From: Octopus vulgaris
Taxonomy: Eukaryota
Reading direction: 5' to 3'
Assembly (NCBI GenBank): GCA_951406725.2
Contig: OX597823.1
Span: forward strand, 4,650,001-4,714,000
Length of the DNA: 64,000 nucleotides
A program made the translations under genes and the position numbers. How positions within the stretch are numbered: the first letter of the stretch is position 1; each line of letters begins with the position of its first letter. This document shows positions 62,691 to 64,000 of this stretch, in pieces. The notes below the pieces were generated by a model. That model ran no database searches, had not been told where the DNA came from, and saw only the letters and a list, made by a program, of their open reading frames with translations.

Positions 62691-64000
62691 TTTGGATTAC
62701 GAAAACGACGAGAGACAGAGACACAAATAATAATAACTATTTTTTTATTTGTTTACTTTAGGTGTTTACTAATTCCACATTTAAGATGATTGTCTACCTG
62801 AGTAAAAAGGTATTTCCACTCTAAATTTAATCTAACACAATTTCGCGTTGGTTTAATGAGATAGAAAGAGGAATGTGCTCCGATGTTGCCGCTTTGGCTG
62901 TGCAACGTTGGTAACTAACGAAGCCACGCTCCCCGTTGTCATGGAACTTCATCATTTTTCTTAGCAATTCTGCACTTTGAAAAGTTTCTCTCTCTCTCTG
63001 TTTGTTGTGGAAATTAAGATAAAATATGGTTTATTAAATTATTATTTATTATTACGATTATACAAATTTTCTCTCTGTTGAAATGTTTTAAATATATACT
63101 GAATGATAATATTGTTATTCGTGAATTTTACTTTTTTTTTTTAACTAAGTGACCTGAAGTATCGTAGGTTTTGGCTACTAAAAAACATTGGTAGACTCGT
63201 TGTTACTACCATTAATATTATTTCTGAGTTCAGATCCCGCTGAGGTCAACTTTGTCCTTCACCTTTCCAAAGTTGATCAAATAAATATAAGTTAAGTAAC
63301 TTCTGAGGCAATAGAATCATTTGTTCCCTGACCGTCTGCCTATGTTGAAAATCATTAATATTGTTAATTCGTCAGGTTTATAGGCAGAATCGTTGGAGCG
63401 TCGAACAAAATACCTTGCGGTATTTCTTCCAGTTCAGTTAGTTTTGGATTTCCATTTCCTGGTCAAGATGTAAACACTAACCTCCAGTTCTTCATATTCC
63501 GAGCTTAAATACTGCAGAGGACAACTTTGCTTTTCATCTCCCTGGGGTCGATAAAATAAAGTAGCAGACTAGCACTGCGAGCGATGGCATCGACTAACTC
63601 CTTCCTTGAAAAGTGTTGTCCTTCCTTCTTTCTAAATCAGAAACCATTCTTAATGCTAGAGTTTTAAATCCTTGTAGCAATAATTCCAAAGAGACTCCAA
63701 TTAAGAAGTAATGATTTACAGGAAAAGGACACAGAATTAATTATGTGTGGGGTTAGGGTGGGAGGAAAGAAGCAAAAAAAAAAATCGGACAAAATTTTTC
63801 ACAACCTCCCAATTCCTTGCCTTTTGGTATACCTACACAGCTGTGACAATTTCTGTCCTCATAAGGTTCAGAAAGAAGTCTGTGTCTTTTATCTCTTACT
63901 TGTTTCAGTCATTAGACTGTGGCCATGCTGGGGCACCGCCTTGAAAAAATTTTAGTTGAATGAATTGACTCCAGGACTTTATTTTTTAAGCTTGGTACTT

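Overview
Repeat-rich, AT-rich eukaryotic DNA. The SINE and RTE repeat families look like those of an octopus (coleoid cephalopod); this is inferred, not proven. Most of the supplied ORFs are repeat or microsatellite noise. Reading splice sites by hand gives four intron-containing genes. (1) The first coding exon of a kinesin-13 (KIF2-like) gene on the minus strand, with a GC donor; the gene runs off the left edge. (2) A complete RPLP1 (minus, 5 coding exons). (3) A ~19-20-exon C8orf34-like gene with an N-terminal RIIa/Dpy-30-type docking domain (plus), head-to-head with RPLP1. (4) A complete RPL30 (minus), tail-to-tail with the C8orf34-like gene. Introns and intergenic DNA hold RTE and CR1 LINE ends, two tRNA-type SINE families, and mariner, Tigger, hAT, piggyBac, Mutator and Merlin-like non-autonomous elements with readable TIRs and TSDs. 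The main non-coding observations are an intact-looking type I hammerhead ribozyme in the sense strand of a C8orf34-like intron ~80 nt upstream of a splice acceptor, a SINE-U6-SINE chimeric retrocopy, several H/ACA-like or otherwise structured RNA candidates in the ribosomal protein gene introns, and TOP plus RFX X-box promoter architectures.
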